DNA from: Bilabrum cf. latius | Taxonomy: Eukaryota | NCBI GenBank assembly: GCA_965178125.1 | Contig: OZ237763.1 | Span: 806,001 to 870,000 of the forward strand | DNA: 64,000 bases | Direction of reading: 5' to 3' | In this document: positions 1 through 11,434 of the stretch, one piece after another | Layout: each line of letters begins with the position of its first letter | Numbering within the stretch: position 1 is the first letter of the stretch | Position numbers and translations under genes: made by a program | The notes under the pieces: model-generated | Databases searched by the model: none | What the model was told of the DNA's origin: nothing | What the model saw: only the letters and a program-made list of their open reading frames with translations

Positions 1-1545
1 CTGGTTCGCCGCAGCGATGCAATAGGTGCCAGCATGAGCAGCTCAAGCCAGGGCAGCGGGCAAGCCGAGAAGACAACGTTGAACTCGATATGGGTAGGGT
101 ACCGCCGCGGATTCGGAGTAGTGCGTGAAACGAGTCAGCGAAAATCACCTGGCGACGCCCTGCTCCAGGAGCCAGCGCCAGTCCTCGTCCAGCTGCGCAA
201 CTTCGTCTCCCTGGCGAGTCCCCACCTTGGGGTCCACGGGGCCGTGCCGGGGTGCCTGGGACGATTAGCGCACGCGGGCTACGGGGGACCCACCGTGCAG
301 CAGCTGCTAGTTGTGGACGACGCCGGAGAGAAGGAGAGGCAGCTGCAGGGGGAGTACACAGCTGCGAGGCCCAATGTGCTAGGCAAGGACAAGGACAAGG
401 GCAAGGGGAAGGGAAAGAGAATGAGCGAAGCATAGGGTGAACTGAGTAGGCTGCGATCTAGCGGTCGATTACTGGCGCAGATGGCGGTGCCAGGGGGCGT
501 GTTTGGCCGTGGATGGGGCTCCTTCAGGCGGCGGGTGCTGGTGGGGCACGAGGTGTGCGACTCGAGAGTGCCGCTGTGGTCCTCGACTGTCGCTGGGAGG
601 CCGCTGCAGCGGGGTATTGGTGGCAATCGCCATGGTAATGCGGTGGAGGGCGATGAGCCCAGCGAGGTGCATGGAATTACCTCTGCTGCTGGTGGCAGCG
701 GGGCTGTTGCGCCATCGTGGCAGCTGCAGCTGGTCAGAGCCCATGCGCTAGGAGTGCAAGCCGCTTTTTCAGCGCCGAGTGGGGGGCCGAGCAGCAGCCA
801 GTCCAGTGAGGCTCGCAGGGTTGGAACGAGGAAGCACAGGAACTCTGGCAGCAGCACCACTGCAGTCGAGCCGGCGGAGCTCCCGCCACGGTCTACATCC
901 CCAGGCCGTGCGGAATCCGCTGCGCTGCATGGGCCGATTGCAGCGGGGGAGCATGTCACAGGCACGTTCTGGGTCAGGCACGGGTCAGGTGCAGAGGCAG
1001 GCAGAGACGCCAAGGATACGGGGTCTGCTGCAGAGGGAGCACCCGACACGGAGTGGGGCATGGGTCAGGTAGCTGAGGCCCTGCTGTCTGGTTTGAAGCA
1101 CACTTTTGGGTACATCGCGAGCATTCGAGCGGACAGAGGCGCCGGCACGGGCGGACACAGTGGTGGTCGCAGCGGCAGCCCATCCGCCGGCGCCGCCCTG
1201 TCGCACGATCTCAAGGAGGCAGAGCGACTCGCACCTCCACCGGACAGGGCAGACGATGAGGGCCAGTCCATGGCCCTCGAGACGGCGGCTGCCTCTGGCC
1301 TGTGGGCCGCAGCCTAGGCTCACAGCGGGCCGCAGGGAGACACTGCCGTGGTGCTGCTGCGGGCCGATGGGGAGCCGTGCCTGGCGGGGACTCACGCGAG
1401 GACAGCCATGAAGTGCGAGCTGCTGGTTGGATTGGAGGCAGCCCGGCCGTGGCTGCCGCTCGAGTGCTGCCGCCGGGCAGTGAGATGCGATGGAGGGCTG
1501 CACATGCAGGACCTGCAAGGAGTAGCTGCACTGATGTTGCGATGA
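1..1545 (+). CDS. 3' part of a hypothetical protein (5'-truncated by the window; TAG read through)
   Basis: The frame is open from base 1. ORFs 34-435, 481-1317 and 1348-1545 share this frame and are separated only by TAG (433, 1315); it ends at TGA 1543-1545. No family recognised. Confidence 0.6.
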
Positions 1546-1704
1546 CGGGGCATCCCAGATGCGATGGAGGGCTGCACATGCAGGACCTGCAAGGAGTAGC
1601 TGCACTGATGTTGCGATGACGGGGCATCCCAGATGCGATGGAGGGCTGCACATGCAGGACCTGCGAGGAGTAGCTGCACTGATGTTGCGATGACGGGGCA
1701 TCCC
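1483..1704. repeat. 74-bp tandem repeat x3 spanning the stop codon of the first gene
   Basis: Near-identical units AGATGCGATGGAGGGCTGCAC...GGGGCATCCC start at 1483, 1557 and 1631. Confidence 0.95.
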
Positions 1705-1755
1705 AGCTCCAAGTTTGTCATTCGATGTCGGTTCGATTCATTTCAAGCAAGGGGT

Positions 1756-4700
1756 TTACTTCTTTTTCCCCTTCCCCTTCCCTTTCCCTTTCCCGCCAGC
1801 CCCACCCGCTGCACTCGTATCCGCCTGCAGCCCAGCATCCGCCCCTGGAGGCGCCTCCCCTGCCTGCAGATAGAAGATCCAGGGGGGCAGCCCCGCCCCC
1901 TCTCGCCCAGTAGCCCGAACCAACAGCTTACTGCTGGCCTCAGCCCGCCCCGCCCGCTGTGCCTCCTCGGCTCTCTCCGAGCAGCTCACCTCGATCCCCG
2001 AGGACTCCCTGGGCCCCAGCGAGAGGATGGCATCGTCCACGGCGAACAGGGGCGAGTCCAGCTCCAGAGAGAAGGACGCGTCCACAGAAAAGGGGGAGCG
2101 GAAAGGCACAGACACGGACCCCCCAGGCACCACGAAGAGCGGCCCCACCGGGCGGGGCGGCTCGCCGGTTCCCACCAGAGGCACCCGCACAGTCTCCCGG
2201 GGTACCTGTCCGCCGGACACCCGCAGCACCAGGGTCGCATGGGCCGGGCCGAGCCGAAAGGGGTAGAAAGACACGGGCACAGCGGCGGAGGCATCGCCCA
2301 GTGCGCCGACTGCCGCCCTGCCCTCTGGCACCGGCCTGGCCCCGAACTCGAGGGGCAGCTCCAGCGAGTCTCCGCCCTCGTCCCCGGCCCCCTCACCCAG
2401 CAAGAAGGCGTCTGCGTCGAGTCCTTCCACGCTGGCGAGCAACTTGAGCGAGCCAGAGGTGCCCGGGCCCACGTCTGGCCCCGCGGACCCCCGTATGTCC
2501 GCGGGGTGCAGGGCCCTGGCCCTGGCCCCCAGCGAGGCCTTGAGCTGGAGGGGTTTCTCCGAGGCAGGCACGGAGGCGAGCAGCTTGAGCACGTACCTGA
2601 AGCGCCCTAGCTGAGGGGATACAAGCACCATCTCAGTGTCCTGGGACTGCTCCCCGCCAGAGCCCGAGCTGGCCCCGTCCACGGCCGCGCCCTCAGCCCC
2701 GGCCCCGGCGGCAGCAGAGGCGCCCGCAGAGTCCGGCCGCAGGTGCAGTGGCGTGAACGTGACTCGGAATGGAATCTCGGCCTCGGAAGACGCAGCCCCA
2801 CCCGCTGCACCAGAGCCGGATACTCCCGCCCCCGCCCCCGCGCCGGCCAGCTGCTCGATCCTCACGAAGGGGTTCTCGCAGGTGACCTCGCTGAACTGCA
2901 CCTCCTCCTGGCCCTGGGCCTGCCCCATGCCCGCCAAAGGGTTGGGCACGGAGACGACCCTGGAGGCAGACTGCCGCAGCGCGGCACGCAGCCGCACCAC
3001 GCCCTGTGCCCCCGCCGGGCCGGTCCTGAGCAGCACCGGCTGTTCCACTACCTCGCCGCAGTCGTCGCCCGCCGTCTCGCAGACGAACCGCACCGAGAAG
3101 CCCAGCTCGCCCTCAAGGTGGTTCATCGCAGTCACCCGTACCTTGCGCACAGCCCCTGCCGACACTTCCACCGTGCGCGGGCAGTTGACAGTGGCAGTGG
3201 CAGGCAGGTCCTGCGGGCCCACCTGCACGCGGAACCTTCTCTGTCCCCTTGCCCAGTTGCTCAGAGGCACCATCACGGAGCACTGCGCCTTGGCCTGCGC
3301 CTCTGCCTCCAGTGCCGGCAGGGGCGCGGGCGGCCCGGCGGTGCCTCTCAGCGCCCTGGTCATGCCCCCCCCGTCCGGCAGCGCCACGAACAGCTCACCC
3401 TCGTGGAATGGAGGCCGGTGGGACGTGAGCGATCCCTCCACGGGGGGGAACAGGGAGGAGGAGGAGGAAGAGGCAGAGCCCTGGGCAGCAGCGGCGTCCT
3501 CCTTGCCCCTCCCCTTGCCCTTGGCTTTGCCTTTGCCTTTGTCTTTGCCCTTGCCGCCCTTGCCCTGGTCCTCCTGCTGCTCCTCCCCCTCTCCACCGGC
3601 AGGCACCGCCGTCTGGCTCAGGGGAGCGTACTCCACCTCAAGCTCGGGGACCTCCCCTGGCCGGGCCCTCACTTCGGCAGGTACCCTCCAGTGTGACGAG
3701 CTCACGGAGGGCCGGTACACCTGCGGCTCATCCGTCTCGTTCGCTGGCAGCGGAACCGTGAACTTGAACGGTTCGCCGCGCACGGATGCATTGCACTGCA
3801 GCACGTTCGCGTCGCTGGCGCCACCCTCCGCCTCGCCCGCTCCTCCCGCGGCTGCTCCACCAGCACCTCCCGCGGCAGGCCTGGGCACCGCGGTGGCCTG
3901 CAGCCGGATCCCCAACGGGTCGCAAGGAGTGCCGTCGGCCTCCTCAATCTGCACGTAACTCCCCGACTGCAGCTCCTCCTCGCCATCGGGGCCCAGCCCG
4001 CCCTCCCCCACAGGGGCTGCGCAGGTGAAGGCCAGCGGCTGCTCCTGACCCGGCCGCAGCGCCCCCTCCGGCGGAGAGCACGCAAACACACCGCCGAGAC
4101 CCTCCACGTCAACTCGGAATCGAATGGCCACGTCACCCCTGTTCCGCAGAGCCACCACCCGCCTCGCGGCAGACCCCCGCACCACCCGCCCGAAGCGCAC
4201 GTCCTCGTCAGTCACGTCCACCTCCACGCCCTCAGCACGGGCAGCCACCGTCAGGAGCGGCCTGCAGTCGCCCGAGGGCTCGCCCGCCTCAGCGCCGATG
4301 CCGCCGATAGACGACTGTGCCCCTGGCGAGGACGGCTGGCTGAAGCCTACTCCCATGCCTCTCCCTCCTTCGTCCTGGTCCTCGTCCTCGTCTCCGTCGT
4401 GGCCCAACACCCGGGCGAACAGGGGGGCAGAGAACGCACCCGCGCGCTGCTCGGGCCGGAAGTCGATCTGCACGTCCGCTGCCTGGCCCCTCCGCAGGGT
4501 GAGAAGCTCGGGCTCCCAGGCGACCCCCTGGGACCGCAAGCGGGGCGCCCCCCCGAGCGTGCCGTCCACCAGCCGGACCGACACTGTGGCCCGCCCGTGG
4601 TTGATCACCTGCACGCGGCGGCTGGCGCTGCCCCCGGCGCGCACTCCCGAGAACCGCACCCTCCGCTGGGAAGGATCCGCGAACTCGAGGCGCAGGGGCT

Positions 4701-7700
4701 CTGCAGAGGCCTCCAGCGGGATGGCGGGTCCTGCCGCGCGCCCGCCCACAGAGAGCAGGAGCCTGGCGCTGGCCGCCCCTGCCTCCCTGGGCACGTAAGA
4801 CACGGGCACCTCCACGATCTCCCCGGGACCCACCTCCACAGAGGAGAGGGGCAGCCGGAAGGGCAGGCCACCTCCTGGCAATCCTTCTGGCCCGCCCTCC
4901 GGCCCGGCGATGGCGAGGTCCACGGCCAGCGTGCGGTCCTCCTCCTCGCTGCCCAGCCGCAGCACCTGCGTGTGGCGCCTGGGGGCGGCGGACACCGACC
5001 GAGGCAGCACGCAGGTGCCCCAGTGCAGCGCCCGCGCGTGGGGCACCAGCCTGGGCACGCTTGTTCCCCCGGATAGAGGCACCATGTACGTGCTGCCCCC
5101 AGCCACCTCCAGCCGCAGCTGCAGGTCGGCAGCGTCCAGATCCACGGCCCCGGCCTCGGGCCCTTGGCCTCCGTGCACCGCCGGTGGGGGTGCAAACCTG
5201 ACCTTCACTCTAGCCGTCTCGCCCGCACCCACGGCGCCCCTGTCAGGCTCCACAGACACCGCCCCCAGGGCGAGGGACAGGATGCGCCCGATCGCCGCCC
5301 CGCTGAGACCCGATAGGCGGCCTCCTCCTCCCGACTGGCGGCCCCCACCTCCTCGCCCCCTCCGCTGAATGGTATCCAGCAGCTCCCGCGCGCCCCCCGG
5401 CGCCGCATCGAAGAGCACGACCTCCCCCCCGGGCCCCACCGTGGCCAGCCTGGCCTCGAAATGCAGAGACTGGGCCCCCTCGTTCCTCAGCTCCAGCTCC
5501 CTTGTTCCCTCGTCCCCGCCCTCCACCGCCCCCAGGCGCACATCCTCCGCCACCACGCCCCCCGTCGCGCTCTCGCCCAGGCGCCGGGCTGCCTCATGCC
5601 CCGCAGAAACGCCCAGGGCCGCCTGAGCAGCGCCCACGTCCACCGGCAGCAGCTCCGCATCGGGGTCTCCCTGCCCCGTGCCGCGCAGCACCACCCGCTC
5701 CTTGATCGCGAATGCGTCTCCCTTCACGTTAAGGTGCAGCGGGGTCACCCGCCGGCCCACCACGCACCGCAGCGTGGCGTTTGCCAGGCCGGCAGCCCTC
5801 GGCTGGAACCCCACGTCCACCTGCACGGACCCCCTCGCAGGGATGCTGCCCCGCCACGGGGACACGCTGATGCAACCGAACGGACCCACCCGCAGCACGG
5901 CCCCGCCCTGCTGCCCCTGTCCATGCCCCCCCTATCCTGCGGTAGCGGCAAGGCTCCTCGCTGCCCTTAGGCCCCCTCCCCCCGAGCCTCCCCCCGCCCC
6001 CTCCCCGCCCCCGGACTGACCCGGGGCCTCTATCCTGAAGGGCAGCGGCACGTCCTCGCCGTTGCGGATCTCCACGGTGCGTGACGAGTGCGCCCCTGCG
6101 AGCAGCCTGCCAAACCTGACGGAGGGCGGGAGAACAGCCACTGCTGGTTCCCTGGCGCGGCCCACCACCAGCACGGTGATCTCCAGCCGCTTCGAGGGCA
6201 CGGAAAACCGGAAGAACTACTCGCAGGCCTCCCCAATGGCATCGGGCTTAAAGGCGAACTGCAGCTCGATCTTCTGCCCCCCCGCCAGCTGGCCCCGCTG
6301 CGGGCCAGCCGACAGCGCCCCGGACCTCTGCCCCACCGGCTCAAGGGCGAACTGCCACCCCTCCGCGGATGGATTCAGCAGCTGGCAGACATGCCGCACT
6401 CCCGCCGCCCTGCCTATGCCCACGCTGTCCAAGACAAGCACCCGCGTGGACGCATCGATCGGAGTCCCGGGCAGCCCGTCCGCTCCCGGCAGCCCAGGAG
6501 GTCTCGAGGCCAGGTACGCGCTCGCCTGCGTGCTGTCCTGCGAGGGCAGCTCCAGGTGTGCCACTGGGCGCTGCCCCCTGCCCGCTGCCCGCACCACGCA
6601 TCCCGACGGCACGGCCGGGGCCACGGAGGGCAGCGATCCTGCGGGTGCGGGCAGCGAGGCAGCCCCGGGAGGCAGCCTGCCTGCCCCCAGAGCCAGCTGC
6701 AGATCAGCGGCCTCGTGGGCAGGGTACAGCGTCTGCACGCGGGGAGGGGCGCGGCTCCCGCCCTATTCATCTCCCTCTCCTTCGGACACTGTGCTCTTGG
6801 ACTCCTGCTCCCTTTTGCTCTCCTCCAGGCGGGAGGTCCCAGCCCCCGTGGACGGGGCCGCATCGGACGAGGCCAACGAGTCCCCTGCCCCAGCCCATGC
6901 CCCCGATCCTGACCCTAGTCCGGCATCAGCCCCGCCCACCTCCAGCCGCTGCAGGTCAATCTCGGCCACCACGTCGAACTCATAGTCGTCTGCCTCCAAG
7001 GGGGTGAAGCAAAGGGAGCCAGCAGAAGGCACCTCGGGGCCGGCCTTCGACTGCCCTCCTGCGCCTGCATCGTCCTCGTCCTCCCCCGACTTGCTCTCGG
7101 CTTTGCCTTTTCCCTTCCCTTTCCCCTTGTCCTTGCCCTTGTCCTTGCCTTTTGACTTGCCCTTATCGCCTGCCCCCGATGCATCCTCCTCGCCCTGCCG
7201 CTTGGGCTGCACCGCGGGCAGCAGCACGCCCACAGCGGGCCGGATCGCGAACGGGGACTGCGTCACGTCTGTCAGCTGCCGCGGCAGGGCGCCCGTCCGC
7301 CGCACCGTCTCCGCCGCTGTCCTCGCTCGCTGCCTTGACACGCCGGTGGGGATGTATCGGAATCGCACCGGCAGCGCCAGCCTGCCCCCCGAGGTCCCCT
7401 GCAGCGGTGCCACCCTAGTCTGGTACATGGGCGTGGGCCGGAAGACCGCGCGGGCCGGCCCCAGGCTCGGCTGAATGCGGTCCGCCTGCGCGCTGACGAG
7501 AAGCATGCGGGCCTGAGGCGCACTGGCTGCCTCCAACAGGGACCCCTCCTCCTCGGGCTACCCATCGCCCGCGCTCTCTCCCGCGGTACCGTTGGCCAGC
7601 ACCTCCCGCGGGTCGAAGGGTGCAGCCAACTGCACCGCGCCCTTCCCATCCCCGTCCTGCTGGGCCGCCAGCCACCTAGGCGCCCACAGCGGCTCGGGGC

Positions 7701-9328
7701 GCCCCTCCACCACCCGCAGCACCCCGCCCGATGAAGCGCCACTGCTCCTCGCCCTCCCCTCCTCCCACACACGCACCCTAGGCGGCACGCGGCAGCCGGT
7801 GCCTTCCTGTTCCTCAGCGGCAGCGGCGGCGCTCTTGGTCGCTGCATCCCTGGCCTGCTACTCCTCAGCGGCGGGGGCACCTCCCTCGGCGGCTGCCAGG
7901 GGCACCGCCCTCACGTTGGAGACGTCCGCGCTGCTCCACTGCACGCTGGGCTCATGCCAGGGGCCTGCCGGAGCCTCCGGACTGGCTGCTGCATCGCCGG
8001 CGCCTCCACTCGCAGACTTGACCTTGCCACCCTTGTCCTTGCCCTTCCCTTTCCCCTTATCCTTGCCCTTGCCGCCTTTGTCTTTCCCCTTGCCCCCTTT
8101 TTCCTTCCCCTTCCCCTTCCCCTTGTCCTTGCCCTTGCCTCCTGCGCCCTCCGCGCCCCCCTCACCGCCCCCCTCCTCATCCCCCCAACCAGATTGCGGC
8201 CCGTCGTCTCCCTCGGGCAGCACGCCCCCCGCGGGCTGACCCAGCCCGCCCACCGCCGCCCGCAGTGCCGCCTCCGCCGTCTCCTCCGAGGCCCCCTCGG
8301 CCGACCCCTCCTCACCAACGAAGGCCCGCACCAGGGCAGGGTGGTACGAGACGGGCACCCACACGAGTGGAAGCGGCCGACGCACCAGTCGCAAAGGATC
8401 CGCCACGCGAAGAACAAGCCGGACACGCCTGGAGGCACCCGCTGGCAGGTGGAACATGGCCGGGGTGGCGCGCACTGCACGGTGGGCGGGCCAAGCGCAC
8501 CGCATGGGGTAGCTGGCGGCATTGCGGACCACTACATCCGCCCGGGCTTCCACGCACGGCGGGCTGTTCCCCTCCGCGGCCAGCGATGCATCTGACAGCT
8601 CCGTCTCCCATTCCGCCCAGGTGCGTCGCCCCCCGTTGGGACCGCCCTCCTCGTCCTGCTCCGTCCCGCCGGCCGCAGTGGCAGCCGCAACCGATCTCCC
8701 ATCCGCGTCCCGGAGACCGTCGGGAGCGGCCTGCTGGCCCGCCCCCTGCGGTCCTGGGCCCAGCAGGACTGTGCCAAAGTCCAGCACGCCCTGGCTCGAG
8801 TCCTAGTCCTGGGCCTCGCTCCCTGCCTCGGTCCCAGTGTTAGCCCGAGCCCCCGCTGCACCTGCAGCAGCGGCGCACGCAGGCCGCGGCAAATCTTCCA
8901 GCCGCAGAGGTGGGGCCACTGCCCGCCCGCGCAGCACCACCCGATCGGACGCAAAGGGGTTGTGCGCCACGACGACTCGGAATCGCAAAGCTGTTCCCTG
9001 GAACGGCCCGACGCTGGTAGTGTCCTCGCCGCCGCCCTTGCCACCCTTGTCCTTGCCCTTGGCTTTCCCCTTGTCCTTGCCCTTTGCTTTCCCCTTGTCC
9101 TTGCCCTTTGCCCCGGACGCCCCGTCACCGCCTGCCTCCGCGTCGGCCCTGCTCCTGGCCCTCTGCAACCGCCCCTGCTCGGCCCAGAAGGCAGCCTCCT
9201 CCTCCGAGGGCGAGTAGGAGCACTGCACGCGGCGGCTCTCGCCCGGCTGCAGCGTCAGCGACTGCCCCGCGAGGGGAAACGCGAGCTGTGACGAGTGGAC
9301 CTGCGTCGATGGCCCGTACAGGGGAGGC

Positions 9329-9365
<37 letters not shown>

Positions 9366-10209
9366 TAGCCCCGCCCCCCTCACCCTCACTGCCCTCAGCC
9401 CCCTCATCGCCCTGCCTGTCGCCGCCACCCGGCGCACCAGCGCCTGCGCGGACACGCTCCAGGACGAAAGAAGCGGTGGCCGGGACATCTCCGTCGTTCC
9501 TGAGCTCCAGCTCGCGCGCCGCAGTGCGCTGCACCTCAAGACCCCCGAAGTCCACCAGCACCGCGCCCTCGGGATCCCTGCCGCCCAACCCACTCCGAGG
9601 GGCCAGCACGGACACCGTGGGCAGCGTGCCGTCTCCCTGGCACCTGAACTGCAGGGCCGCAGTCCCCGGGCTCGGGCCACCGCCCTGCACCAGCGCGCGC
9701 ACCCGGCAGCCGTAGGAGCGGACCGCGCGCGGGTGGAACGACACGGTGAAGTACCGGCTCTCGAACGGAGGCACTCGCAGCTCCTCACAGTCCAGTGTGA
9801 ACGCTTCCGCTGGCGTGGGAACTCCGTCCGCCGCGGCCTCACTGCCCGCCCCAGCGTCTCCGCCCGCGCCGTCGGGCGTCAGCTCCAGCCTGACGGAAGC
9901 CGGCACTTTGCCCGTGTTCGTGATCCTGACGCGCTCCTCCACGCCGCTGCTACTAACTGACGTGTAAATCACCTTTCCAAACGACAGCGTTCGCTCCCTT
10001 ACTCCAAACACGGCCCGCTGCTGCGCATCAGATCCCCCCCCACCGCTGGCCTGTCGAGCAGACTCAGAATCTGCAATCGATGGGACCACTGCTTGCTCCT
10101 CAAAAATTTGCTCCCAGTATGAGATGACCTTGGCCATACGGGCTGGCGTCGTCGGCAACTTCGACCCACCGCTCTTGTCTTGCCTCGGAGTGCCCGTCGT
10201 CGACGACAT
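1756..10209 (-). CDS. HYDIN: Hydin-like central-pair protein, C-terminal portion (~2,800 aa, repeated ASH/Ig-like domains)
   Basis: One frame from ATG 10209 to TAA 1756, broken only by TAG at 8803, 7858, 7558, 6763, 6217 and 5932. Hydin-like motifs include IFEEQAVV, LSFGKV..ITNTGKVPA, VPPFESRYFTVSFHP, QGDGTLPTV, FGRVVRGS..LRNRGDV and a terminal PWIFYLQ. Confidence 0.8.
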
Positions 10210-10385
10210 CCTCACCCAGCTCTCACAGAAATACTAAAGGGAATACCGGGAATTAGACGAAACCACCAGGTAATCAAATAGATCTTCAATCGAAAACCAA
10301 CAGAACGAGGCCACGCAACGCTGCAGATAGGGTAGATTTGCTATTGTTTCAGCTAGCCGTTTGCACACCGGGTTGCACTCGTCAC

Positions 10386-11223
10386 ATGACCCACTCCCTT
10401 CAAGAAGTTCCGCGGCGCCGGCGGCGCCCGCCGGTGACGGGGCTAGGCCGGGGCTTGCATTCTAGTCGTCTGACTTTTACTACGCAGAGTGCCGGTGGTT
10501 TCCCACCTCCACCCATCATCCCATGTATTGTGTTTAGTTGGCCCGCTGATTGGCCCGCCCCGGTCTGCGTGGCGTCGTGCCGGCGCTGGGCTCTAGCCGG
10601 GGCTTTTGCCGGGCAGGGGCCCCTGGTCGGAGGGTGCTCCCAGAACTACTAGAAGAGTGATGGGGGCTGGGAGATGGTGGGTGGAACAGATTATCTTGGA
10701 GAGGTCGTCTGTTTCAATACTACTTGCCTCTATTATTAGGTAAGAGTGGAACGAGTGGTCCGGCGCGCCCGTTGGGAGCAAGGTTTACGGCGCCCGTCTG
10801 TCACCTTCTATCGTCGCCGAAATCTCGCGGAAGTGGGCAAGTGTCCCATCCGCGTGCTCGCTCAGTTCCGGGAGAAAAACGACAGGGACGCGTTCAGCGA
10901 CCCGGAGTCGGCCAAGGCCCTGGGCGAGAAATTGCAGGCGGCCTGGTGAAAGCACGGGAGTGGACCACGGGTTCGTCAACGACCTGCTCCAGGAGGGCAT
11001 CGACATCAACCAGATGTCCGGTAGACCCACGGACCACGAGGCGGCCGAAGCGGCCATGGGCCGTGCACTGCTGGAGTGCTCCATCCCCGTGCTGATGCTT
11101 TTGAACCTGCAGCATGTGCCCCCACGGCGTGCCCACGGATCCCGCCGGCAAAATCGGGGCCATCACCTGCAACAAATAGGTAACGCTGTTGAATACAAAA
11201 CACGGTCCTATCTCTTGCCCTAA
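10386..11223 (+). pseudogene. Possible degenerate coding fragment of unknown family
   Basis: A protein-like frame (DGGWEMVGG...FREKNDRDAFSDPESAKALGEKLQAA, TAGs at 10650 and 10737) stops at TGA 10947. Protein-like text resumes in another frame (VDHGFVNDLLQEGIDINQM), and no clean intron joins them. Confidence 0.25.
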
Positions 11224-11434
11224 CAAACAAGGTCGGCACATCTGGGGCCCACGGCTTAGAAAGTGCAAAAAAGGTACTCCCACCGGGGCTCGATCCCGGG
11301 CTGGATCATTAGGAATGACCAGTGCTTCCACTACACTATAGGAGCTTGTTGTCGGCAGGAGGCGAATTTGACAATACAAATATCTTCCTGTTTTAGGGAT
11401 AGTTTCAAGACCTTTTTTCGAATGACACTTGCCA

